From Gammaproteobacteria bacterium (GTDB lineage Bacteria > Pseudomonadota > Gammaproteobacteria > Burkholderiales > SHXO01), in NCBI GenBank assembly GCA_041488355.1, contig JBGPPC010000002.1:1-55536 (forward strand): DNA of 55,536 nt. Direction: 5' to 3'. The number at the start of each line of letters is the position of its first letter. Position 1 is the first letter of the stretch. The notes below the pieces were generated by a model, which did no database searches, was not told where the DNA came from, and saw only the letters and a program-made list of their open reading frames with translations. Positions 46,861-55,536 of this stretch are shown here, in pieces. Both the position numbers and the translations under genes were made by a program.

Positions 46861-47793
46861 CTACACCCGGTGTATGGTTCTGTGCTTCAGCGCCGGCAGG
46901 CTCCTGCGCAGCTGCGCCTGGTAGGTGGGGTTGATCCCGGCCACCACCACGCCTGAGCCGCGCGGCAGACGGTCGAGCACCACACCCCAGGGGTCCACGA
47001 TCATGCTGTGCCCATGGGTTTCGCGTCCGCTCAGATGATACCCGCCCTGGGCTGGAGCAAGTACATAAGCCAGGTTTTCGATGGCGCGCGCTCTCAGCAG
47101 TGCTTCCCAGTGGGCGCGGCCAGTGGTCTCGGTAAACGCCGATGGCACCACGATAACGTCGACGTCGCGCATGGCTCGATACAGCTCCGGAAAGCGCAAG
47201 TCATAACACACCGACAGCCCGATACGCCCCAGGGGCGTATCCACAACCTTCACCTCGTTGCCCGGATGAATGGTGCGCTCTTCGGAGAAACGCTCCTGAC
47301 CCAAGTCGAGGCTGAACAGATGGATCTTGTCGTATCGCGCCACGCGGCGGCCGGTGTCGTCGTAAACCAGCATGCTGTTGTGCACCCGCCCCGAATCTGA
47401 AGACTCCAGTGGGATCGAGGAACCGATCAGCCAGATTCGATGCTTGCGCGCCGTCGCAGAAAGGAAGTGCTGGATCGGGCCGTCGCCGTCTTTCTCCCGG
47501 ATGGCCAGCTTGTCCGTGTCCTTCAGACCCATGATCGCGAACCACTCGGGCAGCGCTACCAACCGGGCGCCCTGCTCCACCGCCATCTCGATCAGTCGAC
47601 GGGCCTCGTTGAGATTGGCCGAGACGTTGGGGCCGGAGGCCATCTGTACGCCAGCGATGCGAAACACCGGCGCCGCCGGTTGCTCCGTCTGGGTCTGACC
47701 CTTGTCTTCGGCCTTCGCGGTCGACCGCGGCCGCGCCCGCCCGAAGCTAGATCGGGCCGCCGATGGGGGCTTTTTCGTGCGCTTATGGTTCAC
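46861..47793 (-). CDS. Carbon-nitrogen hydrolase (nitrilase superfamily) protein
   Basis: RIAGVQM...LVALPEWF (catalytic Glu), then the catalytic Cys in GLSVCYDLRFPE. The basic N-terminal extension may not be translated. Confidence 0.85.
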   Translation of the reverse strand: MNHKRTKKPPSAARSSFGRARPRSTAKAEDKGQTQTEQPAAPVFRIAGVQMASGPNVSANLNEARRLIEMAVEQGARLVALPEWFAIMGLKDTDKLAIREKDGDGPIQHFLSATARKHRIWLIGSSIPLESSDSGRVHNSMLVYDDTGRRVARYDKIHLFSLDLGQERFSEERTIHPGNEVKVVDTPLGRIGLSVCYDLRFPELYRAMRDVDVIVVPSAFTETTGRAHWEALLRARAIENLAYVLAPAQGGYHLSGRETHGHSMIVDPWGVVLDRLPRGSGVVVAGINPTYQAQLRRSLPALKHRTIHRV

Positions 47794-47812
47794 AGTTGCG
47801 CCCTTCGATGCA

Positions 47813-50800
47813 TCATCTGCGCCCGGGCTCTGGCTCGATGCGCTCCCTCTTCTTCTTGGTCACGGTCGGAACGGTCCAGGTTCCAGCCACGATGTAGTTG
47901 AAGCCCAGCATCTGCCCGATCGGGTCATTGAGTGCCTTCTGCAATACCAGCGCCCCTAGACCTACCGCCGGGTTCACCAGCGCAGTACCCAACGCTACGC
48001 TCTCGCTCAAGGAGGGATAGATGTGGACGTCGAGTTGCTGCGTCTCCGACGCCAGGTTCACATCGCCGGACATCTTAACGCGGGCGGCCGGCCCATTCAT
48101 CTCGAAGTTCTGCGTATGCGCCACCCCGCGCGTGATGTCGACTTTGGCAGCGATCTGCTCGAACGCAAAGCCCTGACTGAAGATGTCGCGCAGGTCAAGC
48201 GTCACCACCTTGGGTAAGGTCTGCAGGCTGATCACGGAAAGCAGCTTGCCGATGCCCGGGTCGATCTTCACGAAACGCCCACCTTTGGCAGTGAGCGCCA
48301 GCTGGCCGGACAACGTCGCGAGATCGAGCGCGTAGGGCGGGCCTGCCCAGGTCAGGGGACCGTCGAGCCTGGCCTTGCCGCCCTGAATGCCCTGGGGCAG
48401 AGCCATGCGCGCGAAGAAACGGCCGATGTCGTTCACCTCGAGTTTGAGGTTGATCTGCGTGCGGGGATTGACGGCCCACGCCTGCCACACGCCGTTCACG
48501 CTGAACGCGCCGTCGGGGCTGGTCAGCTCCAGTCGCTCGATACGCCAGTCGGCACCGCTCGGGACGGCCAGCAGTGCCAGCTTACCGAATTGGCGTTGGC
48601 CCATACGGAAGTCATCCGCCGTAACGTCCACGGACGGCAAGTCTCGACCCCGGCCAGAGCGAGTAGCGCCCGGCTCGGGTGCGGGTTCCAGTTCGGCAGT
48701 CGGCGCCGGCAGCTGCAAACGGCTGAAGCGGCCCACGATCATGCCATCGCCCTCGGGCAACCATTTCGCATCGCCTGCCGCCTCGCGACTGTCCAGCCTG
48801 CCCTGCCAGGCGCCGTCGCGCTGCGTCGCTATCACGCGCACGTCGTGGAAGTCGCGGGAGAAAACGCGCGCTTGCTGCGCCGACACGTTGATCCCAGCGA
48901 CCGTTGCACCCTCCATCTTGGCGCCCACCGCGCGTGCCGTAAGCAGATCCTGCCATTGGTCCACATCGAAGTGGTCGAGCGTGCCCGAGATCCATATCCC
49001 ATCGCGCTGCGGCAGGGGCGCGGCTGCGCCCAAGACGATCTCGCCGCGCCGGATCCCGGTCTTGCCAATCTTGTCCAGCAACAGGTGTCCGGCTGCGATG
49101 TCGCCATACGCAAAGGAAAGCAGGTCGTGACCGCGTGTGCGCTCGCGTCTTTCGAAGCGCAGAGGCACTCGCTCCTGCGCTGACTTGGCGAACGGCCAAG
49201 GCAGCGACGATTCCACGCCGAGCAGGTTCGACTCGATCACGTAGTCGTGGCGGCGGTCGCGTACCGTGGCCGTCAGCCGCCAATCGGTGCTGCCGGTGAG
49301 ATATGCGAGCAGGGCCTGGTCGGCCTCACGCCGCAGCCGCGCGACATCCACCTGCCCGGTCGCTTGGATGCGCACGCCTCCGGTGTCCTCGCGCGAGACA
49401 CTGAAGCGCATGGGTCCACCGAACACGCGCGCAGCGCCATCTCGCAAGCTGACGTCGTTGTTTGTGAATGTCAGCTTGCCGGATAGCTGCGCAAGGACCG
49501 GCGAGCCCTCACCTGGGTCGAGGGTGTTGTCAGCGAAGGTGTAGACGCCGGACAGCTGGGTGTCCACGCTCCGGTTCAGTGGCACGTCGACGCGCAGGCT
49601 CAGCCGGCCACGGCCGCTGGCGCGCATGCCATCGATAAAATCGCCGACCCGCTCTTCGATCGGACTCTCCTGGACGTACCGCAACAGATCGCTGGTGGCG
49701 CCTTCGAGCTCGGCCCGCACCTCTGCGACGGGATCGGGCGAGGCGGCGTCGGGGATTGTGGCGGTGCCGCTAGATATGCTCGCTCCGAACACGCGACCGA
49801 CACTCATGGTGACCTCGATCCGGCTACCCCGGACCGCGATCTGGCCCTGCAGCGCGTCGAGCCTCGGCCAAGCCGTCGCGTATGCCACGGTGGCGTCGTT
49901 GAACGCACCGATGACCTCGAACACGCCGTCGCTGCTATGCGTCCACGGGAAGCGGCGCAGGTCTCCGCGCAGCTTGAGACGAACGTCGCGCCCGGTACCC
50001 GACACAAATGCGCGATGCAACCATTGGCGCAGAGCCTCAGTGGCCACCAACGGTACATAACGCCAGACCTCTGGTCCGGACACGCGCGCAAAGTTGCCGG
50101 CGAGGTCAATGAACCCGGGACCGCCAGCCACGGCGTCGTAGCGGCCCGACAACTGACCTGCGAGATCCTTGTTCGACAGGACCAGACGCTCGAGCGCAAT
50201 CTGGGGCAGGCCGTCGCGGACGGTCCAGGACACATTGGCCTGAAGCGCGTCCAGCGGAACCGGGGCCAGGAACAACGTCGGCATATCCAATGCCGCTGCT
50301 GTCGCGCTCACGGCAAGTGTGCCTCCGCGTTCGCTGGCGTCCACCTCGCCGTTGACATGCGACATGCCGGGCGTGCGGCCGGAGGGGTTGACGGTGACGT
50401 CCTTGAAGCTCCCGCTTACAGCATACGGACCGCTCCAGCTGAACGGCTCTCGCCAACGCACATGGAAGGTCCGCAGCCGCCCCCGCGGGTTGAGCTCGGC
50501 CAGCCGGGCACGCAACTCCGGATCCACCGGAAGCCGATCGAGGAGCCGGACCACAGCGTCGAGTTCTACGGCGTCGAACGCCAATTCGGCAGCGGGGGAC
50601 CGGTTCGTGCCCGGCCGCGTGCGCGAATAGCTGATGTCGGCGGGTGGTAGAAGGACACCGTCCGGCGTTGCGAATGTAAGGCCGCTTGCCCACAACTGGA
50701 ACGCGCGCGCGTCGGAGCGCCAGCCAAGGCGCCCGCGAAGGCTCGACACCTGCAGCTCCGGCACGTCGTCCGCCAGACGCGTGTGGACGTTGGACAGGGC

Positions 50801-51652
50801 TACATCGGCAGTGATTTCACGTGGGCGCCCATGCTCGAGATTGCCCCAGACCCGGAGGCTGCCCGAGCCCTGTGTAGTCTGCATCGGCAGCTCGACCCAC
50901 TGCCGCAGCGCGGCCAGATCGGCATAGGCGATTCCGAAGTAGACTTCGCCGGACCAGCCAGTTGGCTCTCCGAGCGAGCGCCCGAGCAAGTCGCCGCGAA
51001 TATCGATCGGGGAGGCAACTTCGATGGGGGGCTTGGCCCGTACGCCGAAACGATGCGTCCAGAACAGCTGCTCGACCCGCACTTCGACATCCTTCAGATC
51101 CAGCGGGACGCCGCCGAGCCTCTCGTCGACCCAGGTCAGACGCGAGTCGCGCACGACAATGCGGTGCTGCGCCAGCAGCCAGTCGCCCAACCCGCCATTC
51201 CCGCCGGACTGGCCGACTGGGATGCCGGCTACCAGGAGCCGTCCAGACTGGTCGCGACGGATCTCCAAGCTCAGGTGCTCGAGTTCGATCGAGTTGAAGC
51301 GCAGCTCCCCGGCGAACAGGGATAGCCAGGACAGCGTGCTATCGACCTGCTCCAGCTTCAGCCGCTCCTGACCCTCGGCGTCGAGCAAGCTCACCTCGCG
51401 CAGGATGAGACGCGGACGATATCCATCCCACTCGCCTTCGATGCGACCGATCTGCACCCGCTGGTGTATCGCGCGCGACAGCCTGTCTACGATCTGTTCC
51501 CGATATTCATCGACGTGGGGCAGGACCCAATATCGCAGCGTCAGCACCACGAAAGCGAACAGAAGCGCGGCCGTAAGCACCGCAAAAGTCAGCAGCCGGT
51601 ATACCCACAGGGAGCCGTGCTTGAACAGGTGAAACGCAAAACGCAGCGGCAT
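47813..51652 (-). CDS. yhdP: YhdP-family (AsmA-like) large envelope protein
   Basis: 1279 aa with an N-terminal TM anchor and a long beta-rich body. The yhdP-nit-tldD order is typical. Confidence 0.85.
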   Translation of the reverse strand: MPLRFAFHLFKHGSLWVYRLLTFAVLTAALLFAFVVLTLRYWVLPHVDEYREQIVDRLSRAIHQRVQIGRIEGEWDGYRPRLILREVSLLDAEGQERLKLEQVDSTLSWLSLFAGELRFNSIELEHLSLEIRRDQSGRLLVAGIPVGQSGGNGGLGDWLLAQHRIVVRDSRLTWVDERLGGVPLDLKDVEVRVEQLFWTHRFGVRAKPPIEVASPIDIRGDLLGRSLGEPTGWSGEVYFGIAYADLAALRQWVELPMQTTQGSGSLRVWGNLEHGRPREITADVALSNVHTRLADDVPELQVSSLRGRLGWRSDARAFQLWASGLTFATPDGVLLPPADISYSRTRPGTNRSPAAELAFDAVELDAVVRLLDRLPVDPELRARLAELNPRGRLRTFHVRWREPFSWSGPYAVSGSFKDVTVNPSGRTPGMSHVNGEVDASERGGTLAVSATAAALDMPTLFLAPVPLDALQANVSWTVRDGLPQIALERLVLSNKDLAGQLSGRYDAVAGGPGFIDLAGNFARVSGPEVWRYVPLVATEALRQWLHRAFVSGTGRDVRLKLRGDLRRFPWTHSSDGVFEVIGAFNDATVAYATAWPRLDALQGQIAVRGSRIEVTMSVGRVFGASISSGTATIPDAASPDPVAEVRAELEGATSDLLRYVQESPIEERVGDFIDGMRASGRGRLSLRVDVPLNRSVDTQLSGVYTFADNTLDPGEGSPVLAQLSGKLTFTNNDVSLRDGAARVFGGPMRFSVSREDTGGVRIQATGQVDVARLRREADQALLAYLTGSTDWRLTATVRDRRHDYVIESNLLGVESSLPWPFAKSAQERVPLRFERRERTRGHDLLSFAYGDIAAGHLLLDKIGKTGIRRGEIVLGAAAPLPQRDGIWISGTLDHFDVDQWQDLLTARAVGAKMEGATVAGINVSAQQARVFSRDFHDVRVIATQRDGAWQGRLDSREAAGDAKWLPEGDGMIVGRFSRLQLPAPTAELEPAPEPGATRSGRGRDLPSVDVTADDFRMGQRQFGKLALLAVPSGADWRIERLELTSPDGAFSVNGVWQAWAVNPRTQINLKLEVNDIGRFFARMALPQGIQGGKARLDGPLTWAGPPYALDLATLSGQLALTAKGGRFVKIDPGIGKLLSVISLQTLPKVVTLDLRDIFSQGFAFEQIAAKVDITRGVAHTQNFEMNGPAARVKMSGDVNLASETQQLDVHIYPSLSESVALGTALVNPAVGLGALVLQKALNDPIGQMLGFNYIVAGTWTVPTVTKKKRERIEPEPGRR

Positions 51653-51812
51653 TCAGTCTTTGTGTCTTGTCACGCCCGCGGCCACAGGATTTGCCAGGGC
51701 CGGCGCCAGGTCAATAGAATCGAATCAAGCAACGTCTCACCGTCGGCAGCCGTAGCGCTGCCGTTGTAACCTCAACGTAGAAATCGGTGTCCAAGGCTAC
51801 GGCGACCCCAGT

Positions 51813-54653
51813 TTGACACCAGACAAGGACAGCAAGTTGTCAACCGCTGCCCGCCGCGGATTCAGAGCGGACGTCTCAATGCCGGCAGCCGCCATTTTAT
51901 CGCCATGGAGTCCGATGCGACCACGCCAACCGGTCCAACCCACCTCCGCACCAGCAGTGGAAGCCAGCCGCGACCCCGGCGCGGTACTGGAGCATGCCGC
52001 AGAACTCAGCCGTTATGTACGACGGTTGCTGGCTCATCCGCCACCCCTGTTCGCCCCGGAGTCGCTGGCCACGCCGTGCACCCGATGCCAGATCCGGGCC
52101 TGGTTGCAGGCCGAAACCGTCGCCACCGAGGAACAACTGCACCGGCAGCTGCGCCAGGTGCGGCAAGCGGCGCTACTGCAGATCATCACCCGGGACCTCA
52201 ACGGCCTGGCTGATCTGGGTGAGGTGATGAGCAGCATCACCGCGCTGGCCGAAGAGACCCTGCGCTTCGCGCTTTCCCGGCTCCAACCCTGGATGCAGGA
52301 GACCTACGGCGTGCCGCGCTGCGCGGGCAACGGGCAGCCGCAAGATCTCGTCGTCGTCGGTATGGGAAAACTCGGCGGCGAGGAGCTCAATGTCTCCTCG
52401 GACGTCGACTTGGTCTTTGTGTACCGGGAGGATGGAGAAACCGACGGTAGCAGGCGTATCTCCAATCAGGAGTACTTCACCCGTTTGTCACGCCGGCTGA
52501 TCCGGGCTTTGTCCGAATACACCTCCGACGGACACGTGTTCCGAGTGGACATGCGGCTGCGGCCTTACGGCGACAGCGGACCGCTCGCAATGAGCCACGA
52601 CATGTTGGAAAACTACCTGCACGCCCAGGGCCGCGAGTGGGAGCGCTATGCCTGGGTCAAGGCGCGAGTGGTGAGCGAGCTCCCCGATCCGGAACTCGAA
52701 TCGATCGTGGCGCCGTTTGTGTTTCGGCGCTATCTCGACTACGGCGCGATCGCGTCGCTGCGCGGATTGCACGCCCAAGTCCGGGCCGAGGTCGCGCGCC
52801 GCGAGCTGCATGAGGACATCAAATTGGGCCCCGGCGGCATCCGCGAGATCGAATTCGTCGCGCAGGTCTTTCAACTGGTTCGCGGCGGCCAGGATCCGAG
52901 CCTGCGGCTACGCCCGACCCTGGCCACCCTGGAGCGGCTGGGGCGGCACCGGCTGCTACCAGTCGAGGCTGTAGCCGATCTGCGCGCGGCCTACGTGTTT
53001 CTGCGCAATCTGGAGCACCGACTGCAGTACCTGGAGGACGAACAGACGCAGTGTCTGCCCGCCCGCCGCGAAGACCAAGCGATCGTGGCGCACGCCATGA
53101 ACTGCGACGACTATGGGGCGCTCCTGGCTCGCCTCGACGGGCATCGCGATGCGGTGACCCGCCAGTTCGAGGCCGTATTCGCGGACCACCGCACCCCCGA
53201 TGCCCCGGATCCTCTGGGCCGCCTGTGGCTCGGTCGCGCGAGTGACGAAGAAAGCATCGAGATCCTGACCCAGCAGGGATACCGGAATCCCGCGGCGGTG
53301 CTCGCGCGCCTGCGACAGCTGCGTGAAAGCCAGGTCTATCGCCGCATGGCCGCCTCGACGCAGGCGCGAGTCGACAGGTTGGCGCCGCGGGTTATCGAGG
53401 CGGCCGCCCGCTACGACCACCCGGACCAGACGCTGGAGCGCTTGACGCGGGTACTCGAGAGCATCGGGCGACGCGAAGCTTACTTCGCACTGCTGCTGGA
53501 GTTTCCGGCCGCCCTCCAGCGTCTCGCAGCCCTGGCGGCGGCCAGCCCTTGGGCCGCGGACTATCTCGCGCAGCACCCGGTCCTGCTGGACGAGCTGATC
53601 TCACCGCAGGCGCTCGAGGCACCCGACTGGGCGGAGTTGCGCTCCCAACTCGTGGCCGATCTGGACCGAGAGCACGGCAACACAGAACGCCAGATGGACG
53701 CTCTGCGCCATTTTAAGCAGGTGCAGACGATTCGCCTGCTGGTGCAGGATCTCGCCGGCACGCTACCCCTGGAAATGCTGTCGGACCACCTGAGCGACCT
53801 CGCCCGTGTGATCTTGAGTCAGGTGCTGCGTTTGGCCTGGGCCGGGCTGCGTACGCGGCATCGGGACGAGCCGCGCTTCGCCGTCGTAGGCTACGGCAAG
53901 CTCGGTGGCAAGGAGCTTGGCTACGCCTCAGACCTGGATCTCATCTTCGTCTACGACGACGACCATGCCGAGGCGCAGGAAAACTACGCGCGCCTCGCGC
54001 AGCGCATGAACACGTGGCTCACCAGCTTCACTTCAGCTGGCGTGCTGTACGAGACCGACCTCAGGCTGCGCCCGGACGGAGCCAGCGGGCTTCTAGTCAG
54101 CCGCTTCGACACCTACGCGGAGTATCAGCAGACCAAGGCCTGGACTTTCGAGCACCAGGCCCTTACACGCGCGCGTTTCGTGGCCGGAGACGCCGACATC
54201 GGGACGCGCTTCGAGCGACTGCGCACGGAGGTATTGCGTCTGCCGCGCGAGCTGCCGCGGCTGAGGCAGGACGTGCTTTCGATGCGCCAGAAGATGCTAG
54301 ATGGCCATCCCAACGCGAGCGGGTTGTTCGACATCAAGCATGACCGTGGCGGCATCGTGGACGTCGAGTTTGCGGTTCAGTACCTGGTTCTGGGGCACGC
54401 CCATCGTTACGAAGAGCTGGCCGGCAACATCGGCAATCTCGCGCTGCTTAGGCTGGCAGCGCGGTTAGGCTTGATCCCTGAAGAGATCGCTGCCGGCGCG
54501 CATCAGAGCTATCGGGAGTTCCGTCGGTTGCAGCACCAGGTACGGCTGCAGGGGGAACGGTATGCGCGGGTACCCAAACAGCGAGTTGAGCCTTTGGTCG
54601 ATCCGGTGCTGCGGCTGTGGGCGGCCGTGTTTGGAACTCAGGAGGCCGAATGA
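51813..54653 (+). CDS. glnE: Bifunctional glutamine synthetase adenylyltransferase / adenylyl-removing enzyme
   Basis: Two nucleotidyltransferase modules (VVGMGKLGGEELNVSSDVDLVFVY and VVGYGKLGGKELGYASDLDLIFVY). The start may be internal (MPAAAIL at 51879). Confidence 0.93.
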   Translation: MTPDKDSKLSTAARRGFRADVSMPAAAILSPWSPMRPRQPVQPTSAPAVEASRDPGAVLEHAAELSRYVRRLLAHPPPLFAPESLATPCTRCQIRAWLQAETVATEEQLHRQLRQVRQAALLQIITRDLNGLADLGEVMSSITALAEETLRFALSRLQPWMQETYGVPRCAGNGQPQDLVVVGMGKLGGEELNVSSDVDLVFVYREDGETDGSRRISNQEYFTRLSRRLIRALSEYTSDGHVFRVDMRLRPYGDSGPLAMSHDMLENYLHAQGREWERYAWVKARVVSELPDPELESIVAPFVFRRYLDYGAIASLRGLHAQVRAEVARRELHEDIKLGPGGIREIEFVAQVFQLVRGGQDPSLRLRPTLATLERLGRHRLLPVEAVADLRAAYVFLRNLEHRLQYLEDEQTQCLPARREDQAIVAHAMNCDDYGALLARLDGHRDAVTRQFEAVFADHRTPDAPDPLGRLWLGRASDEESIEILTQQGYRNPAAVLARLRQLRESQVYRRMAASTQARVDRLAPRVIEAAARYDHPDQTLERLTRVLESIGRREAYFALLLEFPAALQRLAALAAASPWAADYLAQHPVLLDELISPQALEAPDWAELRSQLVADLDREHGNTERQMDALRHFKQVQTIRLLVQDLAGTLPLEMLSDHLSDLARVILSQVLRLAWAGLRTRHRDEPRFAVVGYGKLGGKELGYASDLDLIFVYDDDHAEAQENYARLAQRMNTWLTSFTSAGVLYETDLRLRPDGASGLLVSRFDTYAEYQQTKAWTFEHQALTRARFVAGDADIGTRFERLRTEVLRLPRELPRLRQDVLSMRQKMLDGHPNASGLFDIKHDRGGIVDVEFAVQYLVLGHAHRYEELAGNIGNLALLRLAARLGLIPEEIAAGAHQSYREFRRLQHQVRLQGERYARVPKQRVEPLVDPVLRLWAAVFGTQEAE

Positions 54654-54759
54654 ACAGTTGCGCGAGACCACACGCGTACAACCCCTTCTGATCGAACTAT
54701 GGGTGGCAAAGTGAAACGCCGACGGCAAGCGTTTGAGGCGAAAATCCAGTCGCGCGAGT

Positions 54760-55536
54760 CTAGCTGACGGCCTCCAGCCGCTTGCCCATGAGCTGGTAAA
54801 CCGTCATCTGCCCTTTGCCCTTGAAAGTCAGGTCCTGAGGGGAACCGAATTGGTAGCGGCCGCCCAGACGCCGATAGGTGGTCTTGTCCACGAGAATCTG
54901 GCCGGATGGCGCTTCCGAGGTGATCCGGCTGGCGACGTTGACGGTGTCGCCCCATAGATCGTAAATGAAGCGGCGGGCGCCGATCACGCCGGCGATGACC
55001 GGTCCGGTGGCGAAGCCCACGTGGAATGCGGCCTTGTAGCGCTTCATGACGTCGTCGTTGCGCGCCAGCTCCAGCATCTCCAGCGCCATGGCCGCCACCG
55101 CGTCGACGTAATGTGTCCCCTCGCCGGATAGCCCGCCGGCCACCATGTACGCATCGCCGATGGTCTTGATCTTGTCTACACCATGTTTCTCGGCAAGCTC
55201 ATCGAAGCGGGTAAACACACCGTCCAGGAAGCTAACCACTTCCTTCGGCGTCAGCTCCTCGGCCAGCGCCGTGAAGCCCACGATATCGGCGAACATGACC
55301 GTGACGTCGGCGAAACCGTCCGCAATAGTGGACTGGTCCCGTTTGAGCCGCTGCGCGATGTGTGTGGGCAGGATGGTGGTCAGCAGCTGCTCGGACTTCT
55401 GTTGCTCCTCTCGCACCAGCTCGTGCTGGCGCGAGAGCTCGGCCTGGAACACGTCCTTCTGTTGCACGAAGTAGCGCAACAGAAGATACATGATGCTGGA
55501 CAGGATGGTAAAGTTGAGCACGAAGAACACGGCTAC
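54760..55536 (-). CDS. Class III adenylate/guanylate cyclase domain protein, 5'-partial at the window edge
   Basis: VTVMFADIVGFTAL...KTIGDAYMVAGG...GPVIAGVIG...YDLWGDTVNVASR. The N-terminus lies beyond the window. Confidence 0.85.
   Translation of the reverse strand, partial: VAVFFVLNFTILSSIMYLLLRYFVQQKDVFQAELSRQHELVREEQQKSEQLLTTILPTHIAQRLKRDQSTIADGFADVTVMFADIVGFTALAEELTPKEVVSFLDGVFTRFDELAEKHGVDKIKTIGDAYMVAGGLSGEGTHYVDAVAAMALEMLELARNDDVMKRYKAAFHVGFATGPVIAGVIGARRFIYDLWGDTVNVASRITSEAPSGQILVDKTTYRRLGGRYQFGSPQDLTFKGKGQMTVYQLMGKRLEAVS

Overview
High-GC proteobacterial (beta/gamma-like) chromosomal segment, densely coding and mostly housekeeping. Main blocks: mtaD-ubiG-HAD phosphatase; an iron block (bfr, bfd, cytochrome c-FTR1 permease, cytochrome b561); a long minus-strand run (TonB-like, pip, sensor kinase, response regulator, orphan pqqA) facing a complete pqqABCDE operon plus an ABC-2 exporter; slyD/bcp/roxA; bamC-dapA; sodC; aat-bpt; pyrD followed by a 1177-aa fused GltD/NfnB-like plus PyrK/NfnA-like flavoprotein, an RnfB-like ferredoxin and nth; two cytochromes c with two SoxH-like MBL proteins; an ECF sigma/anti-sigma pair; DAHP synthase; tldD-nit-yhdP; glnE. 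The standout is ssrA (tmRNA, tag ANDDSYALAA). Its T-loop is interrupted by a 301-nt sequence with group I intron architecture. Directly downstream, a C-terminally truncated LAGLIDADG homing-endonuclease ORF sits between the functional tmRNA 3' exon plus terminator and a decayed second copy of both. Other points: two pqqA genes that differ almost only at synonymous sites, a CGTGAYT/GCCGTGA repeat family at two intergenic loci, an MBL paralogue that has lost the HxHxDH motif, and a roughly 360-aa proline-rich periodic linker in the TonB-like protein. No CRISPR array, rRNA, tRNA, transposase or integrase was seen. Many long ORFs in the track are antisense shadows typical of high-GC DNA.
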